Part shown: positions 39,209 to 48,850 of the stretch, piece by piece | Layout of the letters: every line of letters starts with the position of its first letter | Position numbering within the stretch: position 1 is the stretch's first letter | Origin: Bdellovibrionota bacterium | Lineage (GTDB): Bacteria > Bdellovibrionota > UBA1018 > CAIPTA01 > JAALKR01 | NCBI GenBank assembly: GCA_965207455.1 | Contig: CBDBMJ010000001.1 | Span: forward strand, 1,728,001 to 1,792,000 | Reading direction: 5' to 3' | Length of the DNA: 64,000 bases | Notes under the pieces: model-generated | What the model was told of the DNA's origin: nothing | Database searches by the model: none | What the model saw: only the letters and a program-made list of their open reading frames with translations | Program-made: the position numbers and the translations under genes

Positions 39209-39846
39209 TTAATTGGAAAGCCGTGAATTCCCCCGGTAATCTTTCTCTTCTTAAATAATTTTTCCAGCAATCCTATTAGCCTTTCAGCTTCCTTGCCTTC
39301 AAAATTTTTATGACGGATATCTTCTACATCCCTTGCAAATTTCCTAGATATCTGTCCCAAGGCAATTCTCTTTTCCTTGCCAAAATAGTAAAATTCTTTT
39401 GAAATCAGCACATGATGAGACTTTGTATCTACCTTTAAATTTCCTTGGTGAGTCCTTCCATTTTTTCTACTATGGCTTGAATTAGCTTGGTGCCACTTGC
39501 CATCCTTGTGGTACACATTGTCACCATACATGATTTTTTGGCTTCCCGCCTCATTTGGCTTTTTACATTGAAACCTTGAATCGCTCCAATACTTGTTAAA
39601 TATCAGCCTCTCACTAACTCGCATCGCATAAATTAAAGAACCTCTATTTTTCAATGCCTTGCTTCCCAATCCTAGTACCCAGTCTCCAGCCTCAGCATGC
39701 TGTCTTATACTCGACTTACAAGTGGCTAAAGTACAGAATCCATGAAATGGATTAGGAGCAAAACCAAAGTCTTTTGTAACTATGTATGTAAAAATTTTTA
39801 TCGACCCGTTTAACGTAAGGCTTTCTTTTTTTTCTTTCTTTGACAT
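39169..39846 (-). CDS. Nucleotide modification-associated domain 2 (Nmad2) protein
   Basis: YIVTKDFGFAPNPFHGFCTLATCKSSIR, LIYAMRV, YWSDSRFQCKKP, GDNVYH, VLISKEFYYFG. Confidence 0.82.
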   Translation of the reverse strand: MSKKEKKESLTLNGSIKIFTYIVTKDFGFAPNPFHGFCTLATCKSSIRQHAEAGDWVLGLGSKALKNRGSLIYAMRVSERLIFNKYWSDSRFQCKKPNEAGSQKIMYGDNVYHKDGKWHQANSSHSRKNGRTHQGNLKVDTKSHHVLISKEFYYFGKEKRIALGQISRKFARDVEDIRHKNFEGKEAERLIGLLEKLFKKRKITGGIHGFPINWEKPCQSSYLQK

Positions 39847-40316
39847 AAGACCCTCTTCATTTTCTTTGAACTATCAGTATTTTCAAGCCTTTCCGAGCCA
39901 TCAGGATTACAAAAAATCTTCTTGTCATTTATAGCTTTAATGATTTTTCTAGGATCCCAATCAATAATAGCATCTGCATGGTCCTCTATGCCAGAGGGAA
40001 GTGGAACGTCTAATTTTTTTAAAAAAACTCCGATAATTTTTTTCCCTTCTTTCGAGGCATGCTCTATTTCCCAGTTAACAAATTTTCGCCTATGCGTTTC
40101 TGGTCCAATTAGGCGTATTACCGCGCTCGCTCGCTCCATTTTTTTAGAAATGTAACCCTCATGAGATGCATTATTTTCTTTTCCGATATCGATTGGGTAG
40201 CTCTTTAGTTTCCAGCCCGTGGACGCTTTAATAATTTCCTTCAGCCTCCCTATATATTTTTTATCACCCTTGTAATAACTAATAAAAACATATTTTTCTT
40301 TTTGTTTCTTTTTCAT
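39810..40316 (-). CDS. ThsB-like (DUF1863) TIR-domain protein
   Basis: VFISY, ASAVIRLIGPETHRRKFVNWEIEHA (catalytic-type Glu), KKIIGV. Confidence 0.85.
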   Translation of the reverse strand: MKKKQKEKYVFISYYKGDKKYIGRLKEIIKASTGWKLKSYPIDIGKENNASHEGYISKKMERASAVIRLIGPETHRRKFVNWEIEHASKEGKKIIGVFLKKLDVPLPSGIEDHADAIIDWDPRKIIKAINDKKIFCNPDGSERLENTDSSKKMKRVLCQRKKKKKALR

Positions 40317-40675
40317 TCTTTAATCAAACCTAACGCACCAAGTGCTCATATTCCCCTTCTTGGCTATATATTATAAGCCCACAAATATTTTTTGTCTATA
40401 TAACAATATTTGAGGCCACAAGAAGAGTTGCGCCTTTAATAAATAAGATGACTATTATTGCTAAAACTAGACCTGCACCCGTGCTGCATGGTTACTTCCT
40501 AAATCAAGAAAAACCATTCCGACACCTCTTCGATGATGTGCGGAAAAAATCAAATACTGATTTTTCAATGCTACCACCATCAGAAAAATCTAGTTGGCTT
40601 TGTACTTGTTTTTCAAAAATTCTTATATTTTTCTATCTCATCCCTTTGATTATAGTAATAATTTGCCTTTACTAT

Positions 40676-41662
40676 TTAAATTAAATTATTTTCTAAAGTA
40701 CATAATTTCCATTTTGGCGGATACCACTGTGGGATTTCACCAGAACATTTATTGTACTTTTGCTTTATTTTAACTCTATTTACTTTCCCTAAAATATTTG
40801 GGTGAGCAACTCTAGAGTATTTATCAACTTCACAAAATAAATTCTGACAATCAATAAGCTGAGGTTCTCTACCCCAGAGATATTGAAAAGACAGACCTAA
40901 ACGTGAAAATTCTTTCTCTGAGCGAGTTGCCATCTCTGAAATTATCTCCTCATCAGTTAACCCACCAGTATTTGAAAAGCATTTTCTTATCCCATTTATA
41001 GCACCAGGACCCGCAACCACATAATCCATTTCAGAAAAATTTATAAGTTCACTATAGTTAAAATCAATTGCAAATTGAAAAGCAAGAAATTTTCCTAAAG
41101 ATGGATAGGAAAGAAGTAATTTATATACCTCCATTAATGATTTTGTTTTTAATAATTTCCTTGTAAAGGAACCACTCAACATATATTCTATCAATTTCAA
41201 GTGATTCTGATACTTTTTTAGCAAATCAAAGCCGGGAGATGGCATAATATAAGCCGCAGAATAAATGGGTTTTTTATTTTTTATTTGTATTTCTAAAGCT
41301 TTAGAGTATTTTTCAAATGAATACGCTTTCCATGTTATGTCTCCAGAATAACTCTGTATATTTTCCCATGTGCTAATTTTATTAAATATCTTGAATAAAA
41401 GAATTCTAAATACAACATCTTCTTCTTTTTGAGAGCCAGAATAGATTACATTTTTAATTAGATACTGACTAACCCTGTCCGATGCTCTATACACATTTGT
41501 AAAGCGATGGTTTTTAATTATAGGATCATTTGTCCATGGTGGAATAATTCCCTTTACTCTCTTCATGAAAATATTTTGTCTTTCAACAGCAAACCTCCAG
41601 TATGTATCAAAAACTAATGTGGTTTTTAGAAAGATACCTTTTGCAGTTTTAATTTTTCTCAT
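40676..41662 (-). CDS. 5hmdU DNA kinase helical-domain protein (aGPT-Pplase1 family)
   Basis: YWRFAVERQNIF, PWTNDPII..RFTNVYRASDRVSQYLI, ILLFKIFN, AYIM, AGPGA, QNLFCEVDKY; GGAGGT RBS before ATG 41662. Confidence 0.82.
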   Translation of the reverse strand: MRKIKTAKGIFLKTTLVFDTYWRFAVERQNIFMKRVKGIIPPWTNDPIIKNHRFTNVYRASDRVSQYLIKNVIYSGSQKEEDVVFRILLFKIFNKISTWENIQSYSGDITWKAYSFEKYSKALEIQIKNKKPIYSAAYIMPSPGFDLLKKYQNHLKLIEYMLSGSFTRKLLKTKSLMEVYKLLLSYPSLGKFLAFQFAIDFNYSELINFSEMDYVVAGPGAINGIRKCFSNTGGLTDEEIISEMATRSEKEFSRLGLSFQYLWGREPQLIDCQNLFCEVDKYSRVAHPNILGKVNRVKIKQKYNKCSGEIPQWYPPKWKLCTLENNLI

Positions 41663-41663
41663 A

Positions 41664-41864
41664 TTACCTCCTGTTTTTCTTTTTCCCATTGTTTAATTCA
41701 CTCACATAATCATCTAGCGCTTGTAAAACCACCTGAGTAAGAGGCCAGCCCTTACTCTCTGCGATGTCTTCCATGCCTTCCACTAATTTTCTATGAATTC
41801 GAAATGCCTTCATTTCTGTATTCCCTGTACAGTAATTTCTATTTGGAAGTGCCTGCTTCTTCAT
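41664..41864 (-). CDS. Small ribbon-helix-helix (CopG-like) regulator
   Basis: MKAFRIHRKLVEGMEDIAESKGWPLTQVVLQALDDYV strand-helix-helix pattern; stop is adjacent to the next start. Confidence 0.65.
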   Translation of the reverse strand: MKKQALPNRNYCTGNTEMKAFRIHRKLVEGMEDIAESKGWPLTQVVLQALDDYVSELNNGKKKNRR

Positions 41865-42234
41865 CTGTCATACATTGTATTACAATTATTACACGGTTTC
41901 AATAAATATTTTTCCTCACAGACCGAGGTAGCTATAAAAGTTTCTAAATCAATTGCCATTTCTCAAAGTAAGAGCGTTCCAAGATGACCGGGAGTAAGTT
42001 GAGAATAAAGGCTACAAAACAAAAAAACAGTATAACGTGTGCGCTCCTTAGATCTCAAATAAGAACCCCCCAAAATAAATAATAGTTATTTTGTAAAATT
42101 ATCTATTTTAGCTTATAACCAAGAGTAGAGTGTTATTTGTTATATAGTTAGAATCTTATTTATAAGAAAATGCCGACCATCTCTTAATGGCACTCGTGAG
42201 AGGCTTGCGCCGGGATTAATTCAGGAGTTTTACG

Positions 42235-42597
42235 ATGGGCAATAATGAACCTTATTTGCTGGATCCACGCAATGAAGCTGAGGCATTCATCCAAAAGCAA
42301 ATAAAAATTGGAGAAGAGCTTAAGGGTAGAGCAATAAACGATAAGCCTGCACTCAGGCAGCTTTTAGATGACTTTAATGCTTGGGATGATTATAATCATG
42401 ACCTCTTACAGGAATTATTTTCAAATAAATCCGAGGCAACGAAATATGATGATGGCGATCGTGATGAAGGTGTATTTCGCCCTGGAAATTCGTATAAAAG
42501 CCTATCCCATGAGATAGACTGTGTGAGAAAAGATATTGATAAAAAAATAAGACTACTTCGATCAGTAGAAAAAAGACTCGATTCTTTTCAGCGCTAA
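42235..42597 (+). CDS. Helical protein resembling the N-terminal domain of Cap12-like TIR proteins, with no TIR domain
   Basis: QIKIGEELK...WDDYNHDLLQELFS...Y pattern; AGGAG RBS. Confidence 0.5.
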   Translation: MGNNEPYLLDPRNEAEAFIQKQIKIGEELKGRAINDKPALRQLLDDFNAWDDYNHDLLQELFSNKSEATKYDDGDRDEGVFRPGNSYKSLSHEIDCVRKDIDKKIRLLRSVEKRLDSFQR

Positions 42598-42707
42598 GAA
42601 AAATAATTTATAATTACAACACCTCTTATTATTTGAGTAAAGCCTCATTTCTCATATCAACAACTCTTAATGACAAAACTACTTCTTTCAAAACAGCGAA
42701 ATACCTC

Positions 42708-43367
42708 CTAGCTCTCTGGTCGTATACAATTCAACTGCTCATCAGTAAGATCATCTCTATCTATAATGCTATTGGAACACTTCTGCATTTTAATCTCTCC
42801 ATAATTAGCTCTATGTTTGTCTGTATAGTAACCACCGTTTAAAGTTTTGCAGTTATTTAAAAGAAATAACTCCTGCACACCTCGATGACACCTCATTGTA
42901 TTTTTTGAAGTATTGAAGGGCTCATTAGAATATTCATATTTCAATTTAAAGTTCTGAGTATCTAAATATGCCATATTTGAGATTGACCTTGATTCATCTG
43001 TATACATTATAATACTAATTAATTGCCATGTTTGATGAATATGAACAACAAAAGAAAATGTAGTTCCTCCCTCTTGCCCCTTTTCAGCATAAGTTGACTC
43101 ACTCCTCCCGATCCATGTGCCTTCTAAATTAGGAGTTTTTGATAAAAATTTAATTTTCCAAAGGCATTCCGAATAAATATAGAGCAAAAAAGCGTAGATA
43201 GGCATAACCGAAGGAAGAGAAATAAACCAAGGGGATTCAATCTGTGCCATGACTGCTATATGATTAATAAACCATGCAAAAGCCAATGAAATTATAGCTA
43301 AAACTATGGGAACACTCACTCTTCTTCCTCCACCGCTTCCCTGTATATTTAAAGAATAATTGTGCAT
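42708..43367 (-). CDS. cap15: CBASS Cap15-like 2TM beta-barrel effector
   Basis: Two TMs, then PNLEGTWIG, IHQTW..ISI, SRS, YEYSNEP, HRG, GGYYTD..R.NYGEI. Confidence 0.85.
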   Translation of the reverse strand: MHNYSLNIQGSGGGRRVSVPIVLAIISLAFAWFINHIAVMAQIESPWFISLPSVMPIYAFLLYIYSECLWKIKFLSKTPNLEGTWIGRSESTYAEKGQEGGTTFSFVVHIHQTWQLISIIMYTDESRSISNMAYLDTQNFKLKYEYSNEPFNTSKNTMRCHRGVQELFLLNNCKTLNGGYYTDKHRANYGEIKMQKCSNSIIDRDDLTDEQLNCIRPES

Positions 43368-43378
43368 ATTGATTACCT

Positions 43379-43858
43379 CTATATTAAATCTAACTTCCTA
43401 TGCTTTCCATTGCTAACTGACCAACATCCGATGCTTTCAATGCCAACAATAATAAACAATAGAAAATCTTGCTCATAATGAGCACTTTTGTATATTTCCA
43501 GCCAGTTTTTTATATCTTGTTTAGATGGATTTGGAAATGGTTCTGGATGCGTATGCCATTCACCTAAATATATTTGAGTCCCATCAGATCCTTTCCATTT
43601 TTTATTTACAATATCTTGAGCTGGTTCTCTCTTTCTAAAAAACAAAAATCGTTTTCTAGTATCTACTCTAGCAGGTTTACTAGAAAAATCAATAACCACA
43701 TCACTGTTTGACTCAATTATTCGACCAATTAACAATCCCCCAGATTCTTTTGAACTGATTTTTCTCTGAACATAATGCTCGAAAGTATCTAATACCTCTT
43801 GCTTAATTTCAAGAATCCTCTGTTCTTCAATTTGAAATTTCATTCCATCTTTCCACAT
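43379..43858 (-). CDS. cap3: CBASS Cap3 JAB isopeptidase
   Basis: ESGGLLIG, YLGEWHTHPE...PSKQD. Confidence 0.9.
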   Translation of the reverse strand: MWKDGMKFQIEEQRILEIKQEVLDTFEHYVQRKISSKESGGLLIGRIIESNSDVVIDFSSKPARVDTRKRFLFFRKREPAQDIVNKKWKGSDGTQIYLGEWHTHPEPFPNPSKQDIKNWLEIYKSAHYEQDFLLFIIVGIESIGCWSVSNGKHRKLDLI

Positions 43859-45561
43859 TTACTACAATTTAACGCCACAAAATCAGTTACATTTTTAATC
43901 TCTTCATCTTTAAAAAGTTTGGCACGCTTAGAAAATTCAAAACCTTCTGACAAAAAAATATCCCTTGTACCAAATGAGCTTCTTAAAAAATTCTCTTTTT
44001 TTCTATCAGCCAAAATGTCAATGGCACATCGAGATAAATCGATAGCCAGATTGATTGCATCTATATTAGTATGAGGTAAAAAATATCCACTACAGCCAGC
44101 ATGAACACGTCTCAGATTCTGATTAGGCATACTAAACATTGCTTGATTAGCTACAAACATCCCTTCATCCGAAGTATAAAGGCATTCAAGACACCCTTTT
44201 TTACTTCCAATATTGGACGATACAATATGGTGACCTAATCCCAAGGCTTCAACCCATCCAAAAAGTAAAGGTATATTGCTCGGAAAATTAGAGTTATTTT
44301 TTCTGTATAGATTTTCATCACCACTAACATCAATAACAAGATCAACTCCATTGAATTGACCTTTGATTTCTGAAAAAGCATTAATATTATGCGCGAAAAC
44401 TTCACCAATTGTATATTTTTCATCTAAAAAAACCTTAATTGCTTCTGCCTTATTTTGATTCAAAAATTTCATGCCCAAGTTATGTCTATGCAGATTTTCA
44501 TTTGTGAGTGTCTCTCTATCTAGAACATTTATTTTTCCTATACCAGAGGCACGCAAATAGTCTGCAAGAAACCCTCCAACAGAACCTATACCTATGATTA
44601 ATATCTCTTTATTATTCAGCATATTTGTTGCTCCTGAACGCTTTAATAAATAATCTGCATCAAACCTATTCAAAGAAATTCTTTCAATGAATTCATCGAT
44701 TACAAAATTAATCTCATGTTTAGCATTTACTTTATTAGCTCTAAATCCTTTGTTAACTTTTTTTCTATCATTAGAATGAGGAATTCCTACAGCATATAAC
44801 ACATAATAATCTTTAAAAGGAATCGAGAAAACAATGTAGATTGGCAGCTTCGAAGATTTTAAAAATTTAATAAAATCTTCATGCGACTCGTTACTAGAGT
44901 GATTTTTGATTATACTAATAATTTTTCCAACAGTAATTTCTTCTTTATACCTTGGTGGCTCAATTGCATTTAGCAAAGGACAATAATATGTATGTTTCTC
45001 TTCTTTATAATTTGTAGCTCCATATTTTTTCAAAAATACTACTAATTCGTTTTTATTTTCTGCAATTATAACACTTCTTTCAAGCGGTACTTTTTTTTCA
45101 TAGCTTGCCGCAAATAGCTCTCTGGGGATATTGTTCGATGTTACAAGTGAAATTGCATTTCCTTTGTGATCGGAACCTCTCCAATAAGCGTCAAATTCCG
45201 ATATCAATTCAATTTTTCTATCATCTGAAAAGCCTAGCTCTAAAATTTCAATTGCTTTCTTTAGCACAGTCTCCACTATATCGACAGGACGCGAAAAATC
45301 GATAACAGTTGTTCCATCCTGAAACAAGCAAATTTTTCCATCCTTCTCTACATGGGGAAGAAGCAATGAATGTTCTGAGCTGGGAATATAAACTGAAGGC
45401 AATTTATATGGAAATTGGTCCGGAAAACACAATGTTAGTTGCATCTGATTTCCTGAAATTTGATATTCTTTATTGAAGCTTTGACACTCTTTATTGGGAG
45501 ATTTCTTCGACTGTTTAAATTTTCTTTCCTTTAAAAAATTTAAAACAGCATTATCAATCAT
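43840..45561 (-). CDS. cap2: CBASS Cap2 E2-E1 (ThiF) fusion
   Basis: E2 FPYKLP...PHVEKDGKICL; E1 GIGSVGG, NLHRH, CLECL, AGC. Confidence 0.9.
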   Translation of the reverse strand: MIDNAVLNFLKERKFKQSKKSPNKECQSFNKEYQISGNQMQLTLCFPDQFPYKLPSVYIPSSEHSLLLPHVEKDGKICLFQDGTTVIDFSRPVDIVETVLKKAIEILELGFSDDRKIELISEFDAYWRGSDHKGNAISLVTSNNIPRELFAASYEKKVPLERSVIIAENKNELVVFLKKYGATNYKEEKHTYYCPLLNAIEPPRYKEEITVGKIISIIKNHSSNESHEDFIKFLKSSKLPIYIVFSIPFKDYYVLYAVGIPHSNDRKKVNKGFRANKVNAKHEINFVIDEFIERISLNRFDADYLLKRSGATNMLNNKEILIIGIGSVGGFLADYLRASGIGKINVLDRETLTNENLHRHNLGMKFLNQNKAEAIKVFLDEKYTIGEVFAHNINAFSEIKGQFNGVDLVIDVSGDENLYRKNNSNFPSNIPLLFGWVEALGLGHHIVSSNIGSKKGCLECLYTSDEGMFVANQAMFSMPNQNLRRVHAGCSGYFLPHTNIDAINLAIDLSRCAIDILADRKKENFLRSSFGTRDIFLSEGFEFSKRAKLFKDEEIKNVTDFVALNCSKCGKME

Positions 45562-45565
45562 TTCT

Positions 45566-46558
45566 CTATGCAGATGAACTGGATGTTATTATAGCAGGTG
45601 ATAATGTTTTCTTTCCTGTATCTTTTGTTTTTGGCACAGGAAAATCATCACCAAATTGATTATCTCTAAGAATTTTACAGGCATCTACAGGGTCTGTTTT
45701 AGATTTAGCAGCTTCAAGATCTCTGTATAAAGACTCAAATCTACTCTTTAAGTCAGACATCGCATCACTAGATAGTTTATTAAATACATCTTCATATTCT
45801 GGAGATGGCTTTTCCACTATAAGACGGCCCCGCGTTGTATAAGCTTTATATGAAAGCCATAATAAAGCTTCTAGGTCATTGGGATTTCCATCAAATGAAT
45901 ATGTTGGTTCAAGGTTATTTATAGAATATAGTAATAATGATAGTCCATTTGGCTTGTCTTCGGACTCATAAGGTATAGCAACGTCATTCCAGCGCTTAAG
46001 AAATCTCGTTACTCTTCTTAATTGATCTGTTTTTGTTGATGAGTCCTCTGTCCCTTCATAAATTTCTCTAGCTTCCTTGATGCTGTCGGAGAGTTTAATC
46101 GGGTCAGCCTTGAGCCAGCTCTTACTTTTGTGAGCCAATCTGAACTGCTCGTTATCAAGGTCATCAGTCCAATTTGCATAAACCACTAAGTCAACATGAT
46201 ATTTTTGTTGTGAATAATTAACCCTTATACAAGGCCCCTTGCTTTCAACAGATTTTGTGTGATTTTCGATTGCATTTAAAACCCATTCCCTTACCTCTAA
46301 TGCTTTATAATCTTCATCCTTTACTTGAAAGCGCAGGCCTATATCTATATCAAATTCCAGATCTTCAATTGTTTCAATTCCAACTTTATATTTATAACTA
46401 CCTTGGTGTATTTCTTTAAAGCCCGGTTTTGAATTTTCCCTTAAATATGCTCGAAGCTTTTTTAATATTGCGTCTCGTTTTTCTCTCAAGACCTCAGCGT
46501 CATCATCCAGTTTAATAGTATTATGAAACTTCTCAAAGTATTTTTGAATATTTGCCAT
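45566..46558 (-). CDS. CD-NTase (SMODS cyclase) with a Cap2-substrate-like C-terminal tail
   Basis: QGSY...DIDIG, CIRV, HVDLVVY, ADP, RFLKRW, FGDDFP and tail ending SSSSA. Confidence 0.9.
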   Translation of the reverse strand: MANIQKYFEKFHNTIKLDDDAEVLREKRDAILKKLRAYLRENSKPGFKEIHQGSYKYKVGIETIEDLEFDIDIGLRFQVKDEDYKALEVREWVLNAIENHTKSVESKGPCIRVNYSQQKYHVDLVVYANWTDDLDNEQFRLAHKSKSWLKADPIKLSDSIKEAREIYEGTEDSSTKTDQLRRVTRFLKRWNDVAIPYESEDKPNGLSLLLYSINNLEPTYSFDGNPNDLEALLWLSYKAYTTRGRLIVEKPSPEYEDVFNKLSSDAMSDLKSRFESLYRDLEAAKSKTDPVDACKILRDNQFGDDFPVPKTKDTGKKTLSPAIITSSSSA

Positions 46559-46586
46559 ACTGTATCCTCCATTTATTAGCCATTAC

Positions 46587-47558
46587 TTATCTCCATAGCT
46601 CCGCATATGCCCAAAGATCACTAAAAAAAGCCTTAACCTCTTTCATTTTATTTGATTGCTCAGGAGGAAAGAGCTGTTTTATCTCATCAATCTCGGTCCA
46701 TAATTCAAAATTAACTGGTTTGCGGACGTGATTTAATATCTCAAAACTGACATCTCTAACAGCGCCGTAAAGCTTGGTAGCTCCATAACGGCTGTTGGAT
46801 ACATTATAGGCGAGGCAGGCAATCTGGTGTGATGATATTTTTTTTGCACTTTCATAGCCCTTTTCTTCCATTTCATTTCGTAGCCCTTTAAGGACACGAA
46901 CGACTCTTTTATATCTTTCTTGGGTCTGCTTATTCTTGGCAACACCGTTGGCATAAGTCTGTTCAGGCCAATTAATTATAAATTCCCTCGATTTGGTCCA
47001 GAAACAAACCCCGCATCGATACATTAAGTCATACCCAACATAGAAGTATTCATGATAGCCAATAGTTGGGAGTACATCAGCATTAATGCGGCATGTATTT
47101 TCTTTGACGTTAAAGACTTTATCTCCATCGTTAACAGCACAACTTGTAAATTTATTATGAAGTGCTTGACGAATTTTTGAACGATAGGCATAAAAGTCGA
47201 AGTTAGCTGTAACAAGTCCAAGAGATTCCTTTGTTACCCCAGTGGGATAGCTGGCTACAAACACATTTGAGTATTGAACTCTAATATCCACATCACTATC
47301 ATGACGCACATTGGTGTCTGCTTTGTAAGACCCTTGGGTATAGATACCAGGATTCCATCTTAAAAGATCGGCATCAACCTTCAATGCGGACTTAATTGCA
47401 ATCTCGGCCTTTTGGCATTTTTTGTTCTCTGTATCACTCAAGGGTTTGGCCCAGCGCTCAAATTTATCACGCACTGCTTGACTCGCAAGATGACGCTGTT
47501 TCCGCACTCTCGCTAAAGTTTCTAGCGTATTACTGCTAACGCCTGTTGGTTGATGCAT
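46587..47558 (-). CDS. Second CD-NTase, CdnE-like
   Basis: WAKPLSDTE..KC, QGSYKADTNVRHDSDVDI, ADVLPT, IINWPEQ...NGVAKN, YKRVVRVLK, CLAYNV. Confidence 0.87.
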   Translation of the reverse strand: MHQPTGVSSNTLETLARVRKQRHLASQAVRDKFERWAKPLSDTENKKCQKAEIAIKSALKVDADLLRWNPGIYTQGSYKADTNVRHDSDVDIRVQYSNVFVASYPTGVTKESLGLVTANFDFYAYRSKIRQALHNKFTSCAVNDGDKVFNVKENTCRINADVLPTIGYHEYFYVGYDLMYRCGVCFWTKSREFIINWPEQTYANGVAKNKQTQERYKRVVRVLKGLRNEMEEKGYESAKKISSHQIACLAYNVSNSRYGATKLYGAVRDVSFEILNHVRKPVNFELWTEIDEIKQLFPPEQSNKMKEVKAFFSDLWAYAELWR

Positions 47559-48258
47559 AAATATTTCCTCCTAAAAAGCCAGTGTATCTCCTATTAACAA
47601 AATTTGTAAAATTTGATTAACTGGAGAATCATAATAAAGACTATACCCACAAATAAGGCTACCCGCCACCCGTGTAAGGATTTGTTAGAGTTTATTGTAA
47701 GTGCTACCCGCAGACTCTTCGAATTGCATAAGACAGCCATCAAAAGCCCGCCCATACCCAGCACCACCAATCCCAGCCAAAAACCCATTCACTCCCTTTG
47801 TTACCGTTTCGTATTACAGCATTAGCAACCCCGGCCCCGGCACCCCAACCCGGCAGCATTAGCAATCACAGCAAAAATCGCCAGCATCAGCAATCCCGGC
47901 CCCAGCAATCAAGGCATCAACTTGGCACACCCAAGCCCCCCTGTTTCTTTCCTGCTTAGGTTAGTTGAGTTTATGAGGTGTTGTGTTGTATTTTGTTTTC
48001 TTTGTTGTTGTGTGGGAGGGTGCTCACTCCGACGCTCCCAACCCATTCACTTCCCCTATTACAGCACAAGCAATCCCGGCTCAGCATTAGCAACCCCGGC
48101 CCGGCGCTCAGGATCCCTCTCTTCCATCTGATTAGTGTTATAGAGGTTTTTCTTGTTATTCTTTGAGTTCATTAGGTTGGGTGTTGTCACGCAACAAGCC
48201 AAGTACAATCGTATAGTTATGATGGGTATTGAGGAGGGTTTGATTTCAGGGAGGGTGT

Positions 48259-48652
48259 TTTCTCGCTCCGGCCTTTCACTAAAGACAGTGTTACATCTTC
48301 TCACAGATTGAGTTAAGAGGAGGAGTTTTTTGATTAGTTGAGTGAGGTTCAATTCCGTTCATTAGAGTATGAGGGTTGCATATTTGGCTCTTGGGGATCA
48401 TTCGTGCCCTTCCCAGGAGCACACCTCTGCTTCTATCCTGATTAGTGGTTGGGGTTTAGGGTGTGTAGTTTGTTTTGTTCCCTTCGACGCCGAGGTGTTT
48501 ATAGCTTCTTTTGCAGCATAAGATTTTCATTCCACAGGTGAGCCTCTTCGGGTCATTTCTTGTTTGGATCCTGAGAATCATTTCGACAGATTCCAAGGAA
48601 CACACCGACGATTCATCACCTTACTTATTGGATTCCCGCTGGAATTCTTCCT
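48259..48652. repeat. Island spacer repeat, copy 9 (long form)
   Basis: CTCGCTCCGGCCTTTCACTAAAGACAG module, variant core, CCTGATTAG/GTTCCCTTCGAC module, canonical core at ~48550-48640. Confidence 0.88.
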
Positions 48653-48850
48653 TTATTTTTAGGATATTTTTTATTTTTTTGCAACAACTTTCTTAAGCTT
48701 ATAAATTCCGTTATCTATTTTCATCGCTTCTGTCAACACTATTGGAACTCGAACTAAATAAACATGGCTGGTGTGATTTCGCTCTTATTGCGACACTAAA
48801 TGAGAAAGATTAGCTCCTATCCTCAAATAAAGGCAATTAATTATTTCAAG

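Noticed and set aside
47594..47788. Small 2TM ORF upstream of the CBASS cyclases as an extra Cap gene
   Set aside because: No recognisable family and it borders low-complexity repeats; too weak to call.
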